Shown: positions 1-9,610, counted from the first letter of the stretch. The stretch: 64,000 nt of DNA from Chloroflexota bacterium (GCA_963667925.1 OY764080.1:2379226-2443225); one strand, 5' to 3'. Notes: generated from the letters alone by a model not told the origin. Program-made: numbers and translations.

Positions 1-417
1 ACGTCGTTTTCGTTAGCGATCGGCACGACTCCGGCGTCAAAGAGTCCCGTCAGCGCATTTCGGGCGTTCAGATAGCCGGTGCGATTGTGCAGATCGGCAC
101 GCGAAAGCAGTGCCTGCGCGACAGTCATACCCGCCTCCGCGAAGCAGTCCGAGTAGTGAGCCATCAGCGGCGCCTGCCCGATGGCCGCCAGCACCTGACG
201 CGCAACCAGGGCGTCGCCGGGCAGTGGGACGATTGAACGTCCGACAGCCACTGCTCCGGACGTCACCAGGGCAACCCGCGTCCCCGTCGAGCGGATGTCC
301 GCGATCTGCCGCGCCATGTTCGCGATAAACGCGTGATTGATCCCGGAATCGCCGGCAAGCAGGCGGGTACCGCACTTCACGACAATTCGACGGGAATCGG
401 GCGACATCGACCAGGGT
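1..417 (-). CDS. proB: Glutamate 5-kinase, N-terminal ~139 codons (gene runs off the window start)
   Basis: Minus-strand translation from ATG (revcomp of 415-417) gives MSPDSRRIVVKCGTRLLAGDSGINHAFIANMARQIADIRSTGTRVALVTSGAVAVGR..., a typical ProB N-terminus with the VSSGAVAAG-like motif. No stop before position 1. Confidence 0.8.
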
Positions 418-486
418 CTCCCAGCCTGCGGAGAAGCGGCGCACAGATTGTAGACAGGCGACGCCGTGTAGTCGCGGCCTCACGCC

Positions 487-492
487 TATAAT
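487..492 (+). promoter_or_regulatory. Candidate -10 hexamer TATAAT in the divergent proB / EF-G-like intergenic region
   Basis: Exact TATAAT lies 42 nt upstream of the ATG at 534. The -35 match is weak (CCGTGT/TGTAGT). Confidence 0.3.
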
Positions 493-533
493 GGCGACCC
501 GCGGCTCTGGCGCCGGTCGCCGCATGGCCGCAG

Positions 534-2606
534 ATGAGCGAGACGATGGACCGATACGACACGGATAGCATTCGAAACGTGGCCCTCGTCGCCCACAGCG
601 GCGCGGGCAAGACTTCGCTGGCCGAGGCGCTGTACTACGTCACCGGCAAGGCGTCGCGCCTGGGGCGTGTCGAGGAACACAACACGATCTCCGACTACGA
701 CCCGGACGAGCACGAGCGCGGCATGTCGATCAATCTGGCCGCCGTAGCCTGCGAATGGAACGGGTCAAAGATCAACGTGATCGACACCCCGGGGTACGCC
801 GACTTCGTTGGCGAGGTGATTTCCGGCCTCAACGCGACCGACGCCGCCGCGGTGCTCGTGGACGCCACGGCGGGGATTGAAGTCGGAACAGAAATCGTGT
901 GGCGCCTGGCCTCCGATCTGAACCGCCCGCGCCTATTGATCGTCAGTCGTGTCGACCGGGACAACGCCGACACCGAGTCGGTTGTCGACGACCTGCGCGA
1001 GCGCTTCGGCGCAAATGTCGCGCCGATCCAGGTACCGATTGGTGACGGTCCCGATTTCCGGGGCATCGTTGACCTCCTGGACGGCAAGGCGCGCGTCTTC
1101 GGCCCGAACGGATCGTCGGTGGAAGACACACCCGATGACCTTGCAGACACCGTTGAAGACGCTCGTGAGCAGCTGGTTGAAGCGGTGGCATCCACGGACG
1201 ACGAACTCCTCGAGCAATACCTGGAAGGCGAGGACTTGCAGCGCACGGACCTGGAACGCGCCTTGCGGACCGGGATAGCTGAGGGAAGCATCTTCCCAGT
1301 CCTGTTCACCGCGGCGACCGACCTCAAGGGGGTGCGGGAGACGATCGAAGCCCTCGCGACCCTGGCGCCTTCGCCGGCGGAGGGACTCAATACCCTTCTG
1401 GACGGCGACGCGCCGCCACTTGATGGACCGGTCGTTGCTCAGGTCTTCAAGACGCTGGCCGACCCGTTCGTTGGCAAGGTCTCAATGCTCCGCCTATTTG
1501 CCGGCCGGATCGACGGCGACGCGCAACTCGTGGATCAGCGCACCGGCGAGACCGAGCGACTGGCAAATATCCAGTTCGCGACAGGTAAGGAAGGGACGCC
1601 GGCCCGCCAGATGGCCGCTGGCGACATCGGGTTCGTCACCAAGCTTGACGGGGTGACAACCGGTGACACGCTGACGGCCGACGCACAGGCCGACAGCTTG
1701 CCGGCCTTTGCCATGCCGCAACCCTTGTTCGAGGCGTCAATCACTCCGGAGACCACCGCCGACCTGGACAAGATGGGAACGGCGTTAGCTCGCCTGGTGG
1801 AGGAGGACCCCTCGCTGCAGACGTATCGAAACGAAGAGACGTCCGAGACGATCCTTGCGGGTTTAGGCGAGTCGCACGTGCGCATCAGCCTGGAGCGGGC
1901 GCGCCGCAAGTTTGGGGTTGGATTGAATTCGGACGTGCCCCAGGTCGCGTATCGCGAGACCATTCGCAGAACCGTCAACGCGCATGGCCGCCACAAGCGG
2001 CAGTCGGGCGGCCACGGCCAGTTCGGCGATGTTCAAGTCGAGTTCTCGCCGCTGCCGCGCGGCTCAGGCTTCGAGTTTGAAGACCGCGTCGTGGGTGGGC
2101 GGGTACCGCGTCAGTACATCCCGGCCGTGGAAAAAGGCCTCACCGAGACGATCAACCGCGGGCTCCTCGCCGGCTACCCCGTGGTTGACCTCAAGGCCGC
2201 GCTATTTGACGGGCAGTACCACTCGGTCGACTCATCGGACGAGTCATTCCGCATCGCAGCGCGGCTGGCCTACGAGGACGGCGTCCCCAATGCCCACCCG
2301 GTGATCCTGGAGCCCATTCTCAAGCTCGACATCCTGATTCCCGACGGCAACACGGGCGACGTGATCGGAGATATCAGTTCGAAGCGTGGACACGTCCTCG
2401 GGATGGCGCCAGCCGAAGGTGAGCCCGGATGCTCGATCGTGGAGGTCGAGGCGCCAGAGGCGGAAGTGCAGCGATATGCGACGGACCTTCGCTCAATCAC
2501 GCAGGGCCGCGGACGCTTCACCCGCGAGTTCGTACGCTACGAGGAAGTTCCGCCAAACATCCAGGAGCAGATCGTCGCGATGGCGGCGCGAAAGCGAGAA
2601 CCGTAA
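534..2606 (+). CDS. Elongation factor G-like GTPase paralog (EF-G2 type, 690 aa)
   Basis: G1 motif AHSGAGKTS, then DTPGYADF, then the EF-G domain II-V pattern (ETSETILAGLGESHVRISLER; GGHGQFGDV). Confidence 0.9.
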   Translation: MSETMDRYDTDSIRNVALVAHSGAGKTSLAEALYYVTGKASRLGRVEEHNTISDYDPDEHERGMSINLAAVACEWNGSKINVIDTPGYADFVGEVISGLNATDAAAVLVDATAGIEVGTEIVWRLASDLNRPRLLIVSRVDRDNADTESVVDDLRERFGANVAPIQVPIGDGPDFRGIVDLLDGKARVFGPNGSSVEDTPDDLADTVEDAREQLVEAVASTDDELLEQYLEGEDLQRTDLERALRTGIAEGSIFPVLFTAATDLKGVRETIEALATLAPSPAEGLNTLLDGDAPPLDGPVVAQVFKTLADPFVGKVSMLRLFAGRIDGDAQLVDQRTGETERLANIQFATGKEGTPARQMAAGDIGFVTKLDGVTTGDTLTADAQADSLPAFAMPQPLFEASITPETTADLDKMGTALARLVEEDPSLQTYRNEETSETILAGLGESHVRISLERARRKFGVGLNSDVPQVAYRETIRRTVNAHGRHKRQSGGHGQFGDVQVEFSPLPRGSGFEFEDRVVGGRVPRQYIPAVEKGLTETINRGLLAGYPVVDLKAALFDGQYHSVDSSDESFRIAARLAYEDGVPNAHPVILEPILKLDILIPDGNTGDVIGDISSKRGHVLGMAPAEGEPGCSIVEVEAPEAEVQRYATDLRSITQGRGRFTREFVRYEEVPPNIQEQIVAMAARKREP

Positions 2607-2639
2607 GGTCGTCGCGCCGCGACCCGGGAGTCTGGTCAC

Positions 2640-3698
2640 ATGAACGCACCGGAACGCATTTTTCTAAACTCGCTCGTTGAGGCTCCCAGCCCTTCGGGCT
2701 ACGAGCAGCCGGTGCGCCGTGTGTACCACGAGTACACCCAGGCATTCGCCGACGCCGTCCGCTCGGATGTGCACGGCAACGTCATCGCCACGCGCAATCC
2801 GGAAGGTAGCCCGCGTGTGATGTTCGCGGGGCACTGCGACGAGCTTGGATTCCAGGTCAACTACATCACGAGCGAAGGCTTCATCTACTTCAACACGATC
2901 GGGGGCCACGACGCCGGTGTCATCCCGGGCCGCCGTGTAGTCATCCACACGCAAAACGGTCCTGTCGCAGGCGTAACAGGGCGACGGGCGATTCACCTCA
3001 CGCCAGTGAGCGATCGTGGCAAACCGGCCAAGGTCGAGGACATCTGGATCGATATCGCGGTAGCGGACAAGGACGAGGCGTTGAGCCTGGTGCAGATCGG
3101 CGACCCCATCACCTACGACGTCGGGATTCAGGACCTGCGGAACGGCGTCGTGGCCGGTCGCGCGCTGGATAACAAGGTAGGCGCCTGGGTGGTCGGAGAG
3201 GCATTGCGGCGAATCGACGGTGCGCAACTGCAGGCGTCCGTGCACGCCGTGGCCACCGTCCAGGAAGAGATTGGTCTGCGAGGAGCGGAGACGAGTGCGT
3301 TCGGCATCAACCCACTGGCGGCGGTCGCGGTGGACGTGACGCACGCCACCGATCACCCCAACATCAACAAGAAGACCGCCGGCGACGTAACGCTTGGCGG
3401 CGGCCCCACAATTTCGCGCGGGCCAAACTTCAATCCGGTTGTCGTCGAAAAGCTAATCGAAGCCGCGGAAGCCCTGGACATGCCTGTGCAAATGGAAGCG
3501 GCCGGTCGCGGAACGGGCACCGATGCAAACGCGATACAGCTGTCGCGGGGCGGCGTGGCGACAGGCCTGGTTAGCGTGCCGCTGCGCTACATGCACACGC
3601 CGTCGGAAATCGTGGCGCTAGCCGACGCCGACGCCGCGGCAACGCTGCTGGCAGAGTTCGCGAACCGGGTCTCAGCCGACGACGATTTCACGCCGTAG
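2640..3698 (+). CDS. M42 family metallopeptidase (FrvX/CelM-like glutamyl aminopeptidase)
   Basis: AGHCDELGF metal-binding motif and overall M42 architecture. Confidence 0.85.
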   Translation: MNAPERIFLNSLVEAPSPSGYEQPVRRVYHEYTQAFADAVRSDVHGNVIATRNPEGSPRVMFAGHCDELGFQVNYITSEGFIYFNTIGGHDAGVIPGRRVVIHTQNGPVAGVTGRRAIHLTPVSDRGKPAKVEDIWIDIAVADKDEALSLVQIGDPITYDVGIQDLRNGVVAGRALDNKVGAWVVGEALRRIDGAQLQASVHAVATVQEEIGLRGAETSAFGINPLAAVAVDVTHATDHPNINKKTAGDVTLGGGPTISRGPNFNPVVVEKLIEAAEALDMPVQMEAAGRGTGTDANAIQLSRGGVATGLVSVPLRYMHTPSEIVALADADAAATLLAEFANRVSADDDFTP

Positions 3699-3749
3699 GT
3701 ACGTCCGACTCGACCCTATCCGGCCGCTCGCCGATCTAGCCAGGATTCC

Positions 3750-6700
3750 TTAGGCCGCAGGCGTTCGCACGATGTGCGCCGGCACGTCCTGAACGGCGCG
3801 CTCGGCCCAGTGTGGGTCGGCGGTGAAGAGGAACACCTGCCGGTCGCCGGGCATGTTGGCCAATGCTGCAAGGCCGCTGGCGGTCCGTCCCGGATCCCAG
3901 TTGACGAACATCTCATCGAGGAACAGCGGCAGCGGCTCGTCACCTTCCACGAGATCGACCATGGCCAGCCGCAACGCGAAGTAAATCTGTTGAATCGTCC
4001 CGCGGCTCAGCGGCGTATCCACATCCTGAGGAAAGTCCTCGCCGGTCCGCCGAACCTGGAGATTGGCCCCCGAAGAACTGGCGTCGTCGACACTCAGCAG
4101 GTCATATCGTTCGTGCGTGAAGCCGCGTAGGTATCGGCCCGCCACAGAGAGCAATGGCGACTGATATCGGTCGCGATACGACGTGTCGGCTTCCTGCACC
4201 AGCTTCTGCAGAAGGGCTACCCGGTCGTGCTCCCGGCGCACGAAATCCAGGCGCTCCTCCGCAGCTCTGATGGCACCCATTATGTGAGCAGGCCCCGGCT
4301 CGTCCATCCACCGATTGCGCTCCGTAGTTATTCTGCCGCGCTCATCCGCCAGGTCTTGGGCTGTCCGTCGCAGCTCCTCTGCTTCACGTCGGCTCTCAAC
4401 CCGTTCAGCGTCGCTGAGACCTATCTGAACGCCACCGTCCAGAAGCTGCTCGGCCTCGACGAATCGCTGCCGCCAGTCGGGGACGTCGCGCTCAAGCTCA
4501 AGCAGTACGCGTCGTGCTTCGGCGCGCAGATCGAACGCATGCAGCACCCGCTCGAGTCCAACCTCGGGGTTGGCACCGTGCGGATCAACGACGGCGAGTG
4601 AGGCGTCGATTCGTTCGAGTTTGACGTGACCATCGTCAAGCTCCTCGCCACAAGCCTCAAGCTGCTGGCGGAGGCCTGGAATCTCGGCATCTGCGATGTT
4701 GGCAATACGTTTGGTTTCCAACGCGTCTTCCAGCGCCCGCCGCGCGGCTGGCGCCGCCTCGAAGGGGTCAACGGGCAGTTCAATTGCGAGTTCCTCCCGC
4801 AGGCGTGTCACCCCGTCGTACCAGGCCTTAAGACTTGCGGCCACTTGTCGCCTATTGCGGCGCAGACGTTGGGCGCTGCCTACAATCTGGCGCATGTCTT
4901 CCAGGTCTCGGACCATGGCTTCATTAGGCGTTTCACGCTGTACTGGCGCGATCGGCACGTCTGCAACTACTGACAGAAACTCCGCATGCGCCTCGCCGGA
5001 GGCCGTCGCGGCCCGCTCTACCTCGGCCTCCGCAGCCTCTAGCTCAGCCTGGCCTGCCTCGAGTTCCTGGCGCAGCCGCATCACGTCAGCCTTGGCTTGC
5101 TCTGCGGCGCGCTCAACCTCCAGCGCATCCTGAAGCGCCCGCCGCGCGGCCGGTGCCGAGTCGAAAGGATCTACCGGCAGGTCGCGCCCAAGCGTCGGCA
5201 TCAACCGCTCGACTTCGTCTCGCCAGGCGGCCAGCCGTGAAGCCACAGCTTCTCGATTTCGCCGCAGTCGCTCGGCACTGCTCAGCATCAGACGCATCTC
5301 TTCTAAGTCGCGGACCAAGCCCTCATCAGGAGTCTCATGCTGTACTGGCGCGATCGGCACATCCGCAACTACCGACAGAAACTCCGCATGCGCTTTGCTC
5401 GCTGCCGTAGCGGCCCGCTCAACCTCGGCCTCCGCCGCCTCTAGCTCCGCCTGGCCTGCCTCAAGTTCCTGGCGCAGCCGCATCACGTCAGCCTTGGCTT
5501 GCTCTGCGGCGCGCTCAACCTCCAGCGCATCCTGTAGTGCCCGCCGCGCGGCCGGTGTCGCCTCGAAAGGGTTTTCCGGCAGGTCGCGCCCAATCGTCGG
5601 CGTCAACCGCTCGACTTCGCCTCGCCAGGCGGCCAGCCGTGTTGCCACAGCTTCTCGATTTCGCCGCAGTCGCTCGGCGCTGCTCAGCATCAGACGCATC
5701 TCTTCTAGGTCGCGAAGCAGCCCCTCGTCCGGCGCCTCGAGGTGAATCCGAGCGACGGGGACATCCGCAACTACCGTTAGAAACTTCTCGTGCGCCCTCT
5801 CGGCCGTTCTTTCGTTGGCCATGACGCGCTCACGTGCTTCGACTTCGGATTCCTTCGCGTCTGCCATTTGCTCGAGCACGTCGTCGCGCCGCATGGCGGC
5901 GTCTCGACTTTTCTGAGTCCGCTTGACCTCGGCCTCAAGATCGGCGTCGAACTCGAGCCCTAGTCGATGGAGCCGCGATTCCAATCCGACGCTGGCCTTC
6001 TTCTGACGTCGGCGCGACCAACTTTTATTCGCAGCGACGGAAGCAACTACGGTCAGCACAGCCGCCACTGCAACAATGACAAGCACCCCAATCGGCGCGC
6101 TAAACGCGAAGGTAAATGAGAGGGCCAGCGCGCCGAGCAGGATCGGTATCGCTATCCAGGCAGCTGCATTCAGCGTCACCGGAGCCGAGATCAGAGCCTG
6201 GTAACGCGCAATGTGGTGGAGTTCTCGCAACCGGTCGTCGAGTTCAGCGCGGCTGTGCTCGGTCGCGACGGACTCAAGTCTCCGCTTCAAGCGGGCGCGA
6301 TTTGACTCAGCAGCTTGAAAGTCAACAACGGCGGCAGCCCGCTGCCGCACCGCAGCCTGCAGATTGGCAAAGCGTCCGCGCAATTCGCCCACAGAGAGCT
6401 TGAGCACCGCAATCCGCGTGTCTGCATCGACCTGATCCGTTCTCAGTATCCGTCCGGCAATCTCGCGCAGAGAGTCGTTGATGCCACGCGCCTCGGAATC
6501 AATGCTCGCAAGGCTCTCCTGGTTTTCCTGAGCACGGGAGAGTTCGCGGTCGAGACGCTCAATGTCAGTGCGAGCACCTAGCAGCGCAAGCATCCGATCC
6601 TCGATCTCGAGCGCCTGTTCACGCTCCTCAATCGCGAGTTGGGTTTCCCGTTGCTGAACCTGGAGTTGCACCAGACGATCACTAACCGACTGCACCTCTT

Positions 6701-8231
6701 GCCGGGACTCCCGCCACGCGGCGAAGCGCCCTCGTAACTCGGCCACCGAGATCGTGAGGAGTGCTCTGCGGGTAGCAGAGTCAATCTGATCGCACGTGAG
6801 CGTGCGCCCGGCGACTTCACGGAGTGCGCCGTCGCTGCGTTGCAGCTCTGCATTCATGCTCCGCACCCGGTCTTGGTTTTCCTGCGCGCGCGATGTCTCG
6901 CGGTCCAAGCGTTCGATATCCTCACGGACCTCCAGAAGCGCGCAGGTACCAACGTCAACCTCCAGCGCGGCTTCGCGGTCCGCGATCCTCTTACAGATGT
7001 CGTCTTGCCCAGACTGAAGCCGCTTCAGGCGACTATCCGCTGCGTCAAGCAGATTCCGGGAATCCCGCCAGCCGGCGAAGCGCCCACGCAATTCGACCAC
7101 TGAGAGTTCGTTAATCGCGCGGCAGACGCCTTCGTCAAGCTGTTCCACTGTGAGCACGCGCGCCGCCAGTTCTTGCAGCCCACCGTCGCTGCGCTGCAAC
7201 TCACTATCCATGCTCCTGATGCGATCACGATCCTCTTGCGCGCGAGACAGCTCGCGGTCCAGTCGCTCGACATCAGCGCGGGCAACCAAGAGACGGCGGA
7301 TTCCCGCCTCAACTTCACGCGCCTTCTCGCGCTTCGCGATCTTCACCCGAAGATCCTTCCGCTGTGCCGTGAGCTTCTCCGAGCGATCACGAAGTCTCGC
7401 TCGCTCTTCGGCGACACCGTCCCAGGTGTCGCCTCCGGGTGCCAGGTCCGCAGCCCGTGCTTCGAGTCCACGAAGACGGCCGACCCGTCGAACCAGAGGT
7501 GCCAGCGTGCGGTCCCGCTCTAGCGCTAGCTCAATGCGCTGTAGTTTTCGTTCATTTGCTGCCAGGTCTGAGGCAATCCCCCGCAGTCGCTCATCTGCCT
7601 GCTCGATCCGGCCACGGTGCTCACGAGCCTCGGCCAGGCTCCCGCGCAACCGCCGAATCTGATCGGTAAGCTCGCGGTGTGCCGGCTTCCCGCGACGATC
7701 GGACCGCCAGAGGCGCCGGCGGTCAGCCTCCAGGGCACGCACGATTTCGCGCGATGGCCGCAGATAGTCAAATGGACTTCCACCCAGCAGATTCTGCACG
7801 GCCTGCCAAGCCTGCTGATCAAGCCGGAGCGCCTCGTCTTGAGTCAAGGCATACACGTTCTTGAAGACGGCGCGGTCCATGAGGCCAGTCCAAGGAACCT
7901 GTCGATTGGCAAGATCGCCCTCGTCGCTGTTAATCCTGATTCGTCCAAACGGCCGCGCTCGGAGTCGACGTGCAACGCTAGCCAGATCGCCGTTGCGCAG
8001 CACAACATCCAGTCGACCGTGCGGATACTGTCCGCCCCAGGGTCGATAAGGATGGCCGTCGGCCGTGGCCGGAGAGAATCCGAACATTGCGCTGGTAAAA
8101 AACTCAAAGAGCGCGCTCTTCCCGGATTCGTTGGGACCGAGAACGACAACCACGTCATGGTCAGCAAGGCCCTTTGTCGACCAATCCGTGATTGGTCCAA
8201 AGTCAGCTATAGACCAACCCTCAACCCTCAC
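3750..8231 (-). CDS. Giant SMC/SbcC/Rad50-like AAA ATPase (YhaN/SbcF type, 1493 aa)
   Basis: N-terminal Walker A (VVVLGPNESGKSALFEFF); C-terminal signature LSRGTIQQIYFALRLAM and Walker B LPLFLDEMFVNWD. Between them, long coiled-coil arms with internal tandem repeats and a ~45-aa hydrophobic segment (AAWIAIPILLGALALSFTFAFSAPIGVLVIVAVAAVLTVVASVAA). 4-nt overlap with the upstream phosphoesterase gene. Confidence 0.8.
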   Translation of the reverse strand: MRVEGWSIADFGPITDWSTKGLADHDVVVVLGPNESGKSALFEFFTSAMFGFSPATADGHPYRPWGGQYPHGRLDVVLRNGDLASVARRLRARPFGRIRINSDEGDLANRQVPWTGLMDRAVFKNVYALTQDEALRLDQQAWQAVQNLLGGSPFDYLRPSREIVRALEADRRRLWRSDRRGKPAHRELTDQIRRLRGSLAEAREHRGRIEQADERLRGIASDLAANERKLQRIELALERDRTLAPLVRRVGRLRGLEARAADLAPGGDTWDGVAEERARLRDRSEKLTAQRKDLRVKIAKREKAREVEAGIRRLLVARADVERLDRELSRAQEDRDRIRSMDSELQRSDGGLQELAARVLTVEQLDEGVCRAINELSVVELRGRFAGWRDSRNLLDAADSRLKRLQSGQDDICKRIADREAALEVDVGTCALLEVREDIERLDRETSRAQENQDRVRSMNAELQRSDGALREVAGRTLTCDQIDSATRRALLTISVAELRGRFAAWRESRQEVQSVSDRLVQLQVQQRETQLAIEEREQALEIEDRMLALLGARTDIERLDRELSRAQENQESLASIDSEARGINDSLREIAGRILRTDQVDADTRIAVLKLSVGELRGRFANLQAAVRQRAAAVVDFQAAESNRARLKRRLESVATEHSRAELDDRLRELHHIARYQALISAPVTLNAAAWIAIPILLGALALSFTFAFSAPIGVLVIVAVAAVLTVVASVAANKSWSRRRQKKASVGLESRLHRLGLEFDADLEAEVKRTQKSRDAAMRRDDVLEQMADAKESEVEARERVMANERTAERAHEKFLTVVADVPVARIHLEAPDEGLLRDLEEMRLMLSSAERLRRNREAVATRLAAWRGEVERLTPTIGRDLPENPFEATPAARRALQDALEVERAAEQAKADVMRLRQELEAGQAELEAAEAEVERAATAASKAHAEFLSVVADVPIAPVQHETPDEGLVRDLEEMRLMLSSAERLRRNREAVASRLAAWRDEVERLMPTLGRDLPVDPFDSAPAARRALQDALEVERAAEQAKADVMRLRQELEAGQAELEAAEAEVERAATASGEAHAEFLSVVADVPIAPVQRETPNEAMVRDLEDMRQIVGSAQRLRRNRRQVAASLKAWYDGVTRLREELAIELPVDPFEAAPAARRALEDALETKRIANIADAEIPGLRQQLEACGEELDDGHVKLERIDASLAVVDPHGANPEVGLERVLHAFDLRAEARRVLLELERDVPDWRQRFVEAEQLLDGGVQIGLSDAERVESRREAEELRRTAQDLADERGRITTERNRWMDEPGPAHIMGAIRAAEERLDFVRREHDRVALLQKLVQEADTSYRDRYQSPLLSVAGRYLRGFTHERYDLLSVDDASSSGANLQVRRTGEDFPQDVDTPLSRGTIQQIYFALRLAMVDLVEGDEPLPLFLDEMFVNWDPGRTASGLAALANMPGDRQVFLFTADPHWAERAVQDVPAHIVRTPAA
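4540..5742. repeat. Intragenic tandem direct repeat, 3 x 402 bp (134 aa), in the C-terminal coiled-coil arm of the SMC-like ATPase
   Basis: Units starting at 4939 and 5341 begin with the identical ctgtactggcgcgatcggcac and are near-identical over long stretches. A third copy (~4540-4938) is more diverged. Confidence 0.85.
6440..7500. repeat. Intragenic tandem repeat, 3 x ~350 bp (~110-117 aa), in the N-terminal coiled-coil arm of the same gene
   Basis: Recurrent LERLDRELSRAQE(D/N)(R/Q)DR(I/V)RSM(D/N)(S/A)ELQRSDG(G/A)L(Q/R)E(L/V)A protein motif. DNA motif gcggtc(g/c)a(g/a)(a/t)cg(c/t)tc(a/g)a(t/c)at at ~6541, ~6891 and ~7245. Confidence 0.7.
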
Positions 8232-9559
8232 AGCCGATCCTCGCGCAGCATCCGCTCGGCAACTGCAAAGTCGAGTCCGTCCAGCAACTCGCGGAGATAA
8301 GCCAGCCGTTCGGGGCCATCAGGATGCTCATCGGCGAGAGCAAGTTCCTCCGGAGCCAGCCGGGCAAGGATCGAGTTGTCGACGCGCGCCAGATTCACGA
8401 GTTCGAGCGCTTCGCCCAGCACGTGCTGCTGGCCGACATATCGGGCGGGGTCGATCGGCGGATAGAGCCCGGCGTCGCGAACCTCGACTTCGAGCACCCC
8501 AAGCACTGCGCAAAGATCTTCGGCCAATTCGTTGCGCTCGTCGGCTCGGCGCAGTACATCGACCAGCGGGCAAGGGCCGGCAAGATTCACGCGCAGAATC
8601 CACTCTTGGTCGGGCAACACATTCGCGTCGGACTCGCGTAGACGTTCGAAATTCGCCCGTATTTGGTCCTGGAGAATGGTGATGCTGTGGGCACTTCTAA
8701 GGTCCGGACTTGGTAGTTCCTCCCAGCGCACGGGCGCCAGCGGGTGGAAGCGCACGCGAGGGGCAGCAGGCGGGTCCAAATCGACAACTAGTGCCCCCTT
8801 GGCGCCGGATTCTCCGAAGTCCCGGCCCTGCAGATTGCCGGAATACCAGGCGGGAGAGTCCTCGCGGATTCGTTGGCGTTTGTGGATATGACCGAGCGCC
8901 CAGTAGGCGTAGCCTGGATCTAGATCGGAAAGAGCAGCGGGTGCGTAGACGTGTCCAGCTTCGTCGTACGCCGCGCCCTGCGCGCCGCCGACATCTGCGT
9001 GCAAAAGCGCGACGGCAGGTTCCGGACCTGGCGCCTCCGGGAAGGATGCAGCAAGGTTGGTCGACTCGTGGGTCGTCTGGTGTCCCGCCCCCACAACCCA
9101 GCCCACGCGATTGCCTCCACGAAGGATGGGAATCTTCTGCGGCGTCCGGGACTTCAGTAGGCGAAGGCCGCCTGACGGCCAAGCAATGCGCGAAGCGCGG
9201 TAGTTGGCACGACCAGGATCGTGATTGCCGGTGGCGTAAACCACCGTCACATCGGCGTCAGCGAGCTGTTCCAGTTCACGTATCAGTTCTAACTCTGTTG
9301 CGATGGTTAGCCATTCGTTGTCGAACAGGTCGCCAGCGATCACCAGCGCGTCGGCATCTTTCAGAATGGTCAGAGCAACCAGTCTCTTGAGTGCCTCGCG
9401 GCCCGCGTCCTGAAGCCGTTGCCTTAGCGCGGGATCGTGACGTCGATAGGGAGTGTCGAGATGAATGTCAGCCGCGTGGACTATACGCACAGGCTCTTCC
9501 ACTTCCGCTATGATGGCGTCTGAAGCGTCCGGCGGCGGTGCACCGCCGCCGGACGCCAA
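8228..9559 (-). CDS. SbcD/Mre11-like calcineurin-type phosphoesterase (YhaO/SbcE type DNA-repair exonuclease)
   Basis: Motifs VHAADIHLD, GDLFD, GNHD and GHIH. ORF-track start is TTG at 9559; in-frame GTG at 9500-9502 or 9488-9490 (MRIVHAADIHLD) is the more plausible start. 4-nt overlap (8228-8231) with the ATPase gene implies translational coupling. Confidence 0.8.
   Translation of the reverse strand: MASGGGAPPPDASDAIIAEVEEPVRIVHAADIHLDTPYRRHDPALRQRLQDAGREALKRLVALTILKDADALVIAGDLFDNEWLTIATELELIRELEQLADADVTVVYATGNHDPGRANYRASRIAWPSGGLRLLKSRTPQKIPILRGGNRVGWVVGAGHQTTHESTNLAASFPEAPGPEPAVALLHADVGGAQGAAYDEAGHVYAPAALSDLDPGYAYWALGHIHKRQRIREDSPAWYSGNLQGRDFGESGAKGALVVDLDPPAAPRVRFHPLAPVRWEELPSPDLRSAHSITILQDQIRANFERLRESDANVLPDQEWILRVNLAGPCPLVDVLRRADERNELAEDLCAVLGVLEVEVRDAGLYPPIDPARYVGQQHVLGEALELVNLARVDNSILARLAPEELALADEHPDGPERLAYLRELLDGLDFAVAERMLREDRL
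9525..9556. promoter_or_regulatory. Perfect 32-bp GC-rich palindrome (GCGTCCGGCGGCGGTG|CACCGCCGCCGGACGC) at the 5' end of the phosphoesterase/ATPase operon
   Basis: Read directly from the sequence: 16+16 nt perfect inverted repeat. It lies between the ggt stop (9699) and the operon start (5' UTR, or first codons if the TTG start is real). Confidence 0.6.
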
Positions 9560-9610
9560 TGCCTGGCTCCAGCGGCTCTATACAAACACCGCCCAAGCCA
9601 CACGCGACCT

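Noticed and set aside
3750-8231. The SMC-like ATPase as a Lamassu LmuB or Wadjet JetC
   Set aside because: LmuB proteins are much shorter and pair with Cap4/Mrr/hydrolase effectors. Wadjet needs jetA, jetB and jetD. Here the only partner is an SbcD/Mre11-type phosphoesterase, so an SbcCD/YhaNO-type complex is the better fit (kept as a finding with a defence caveat).
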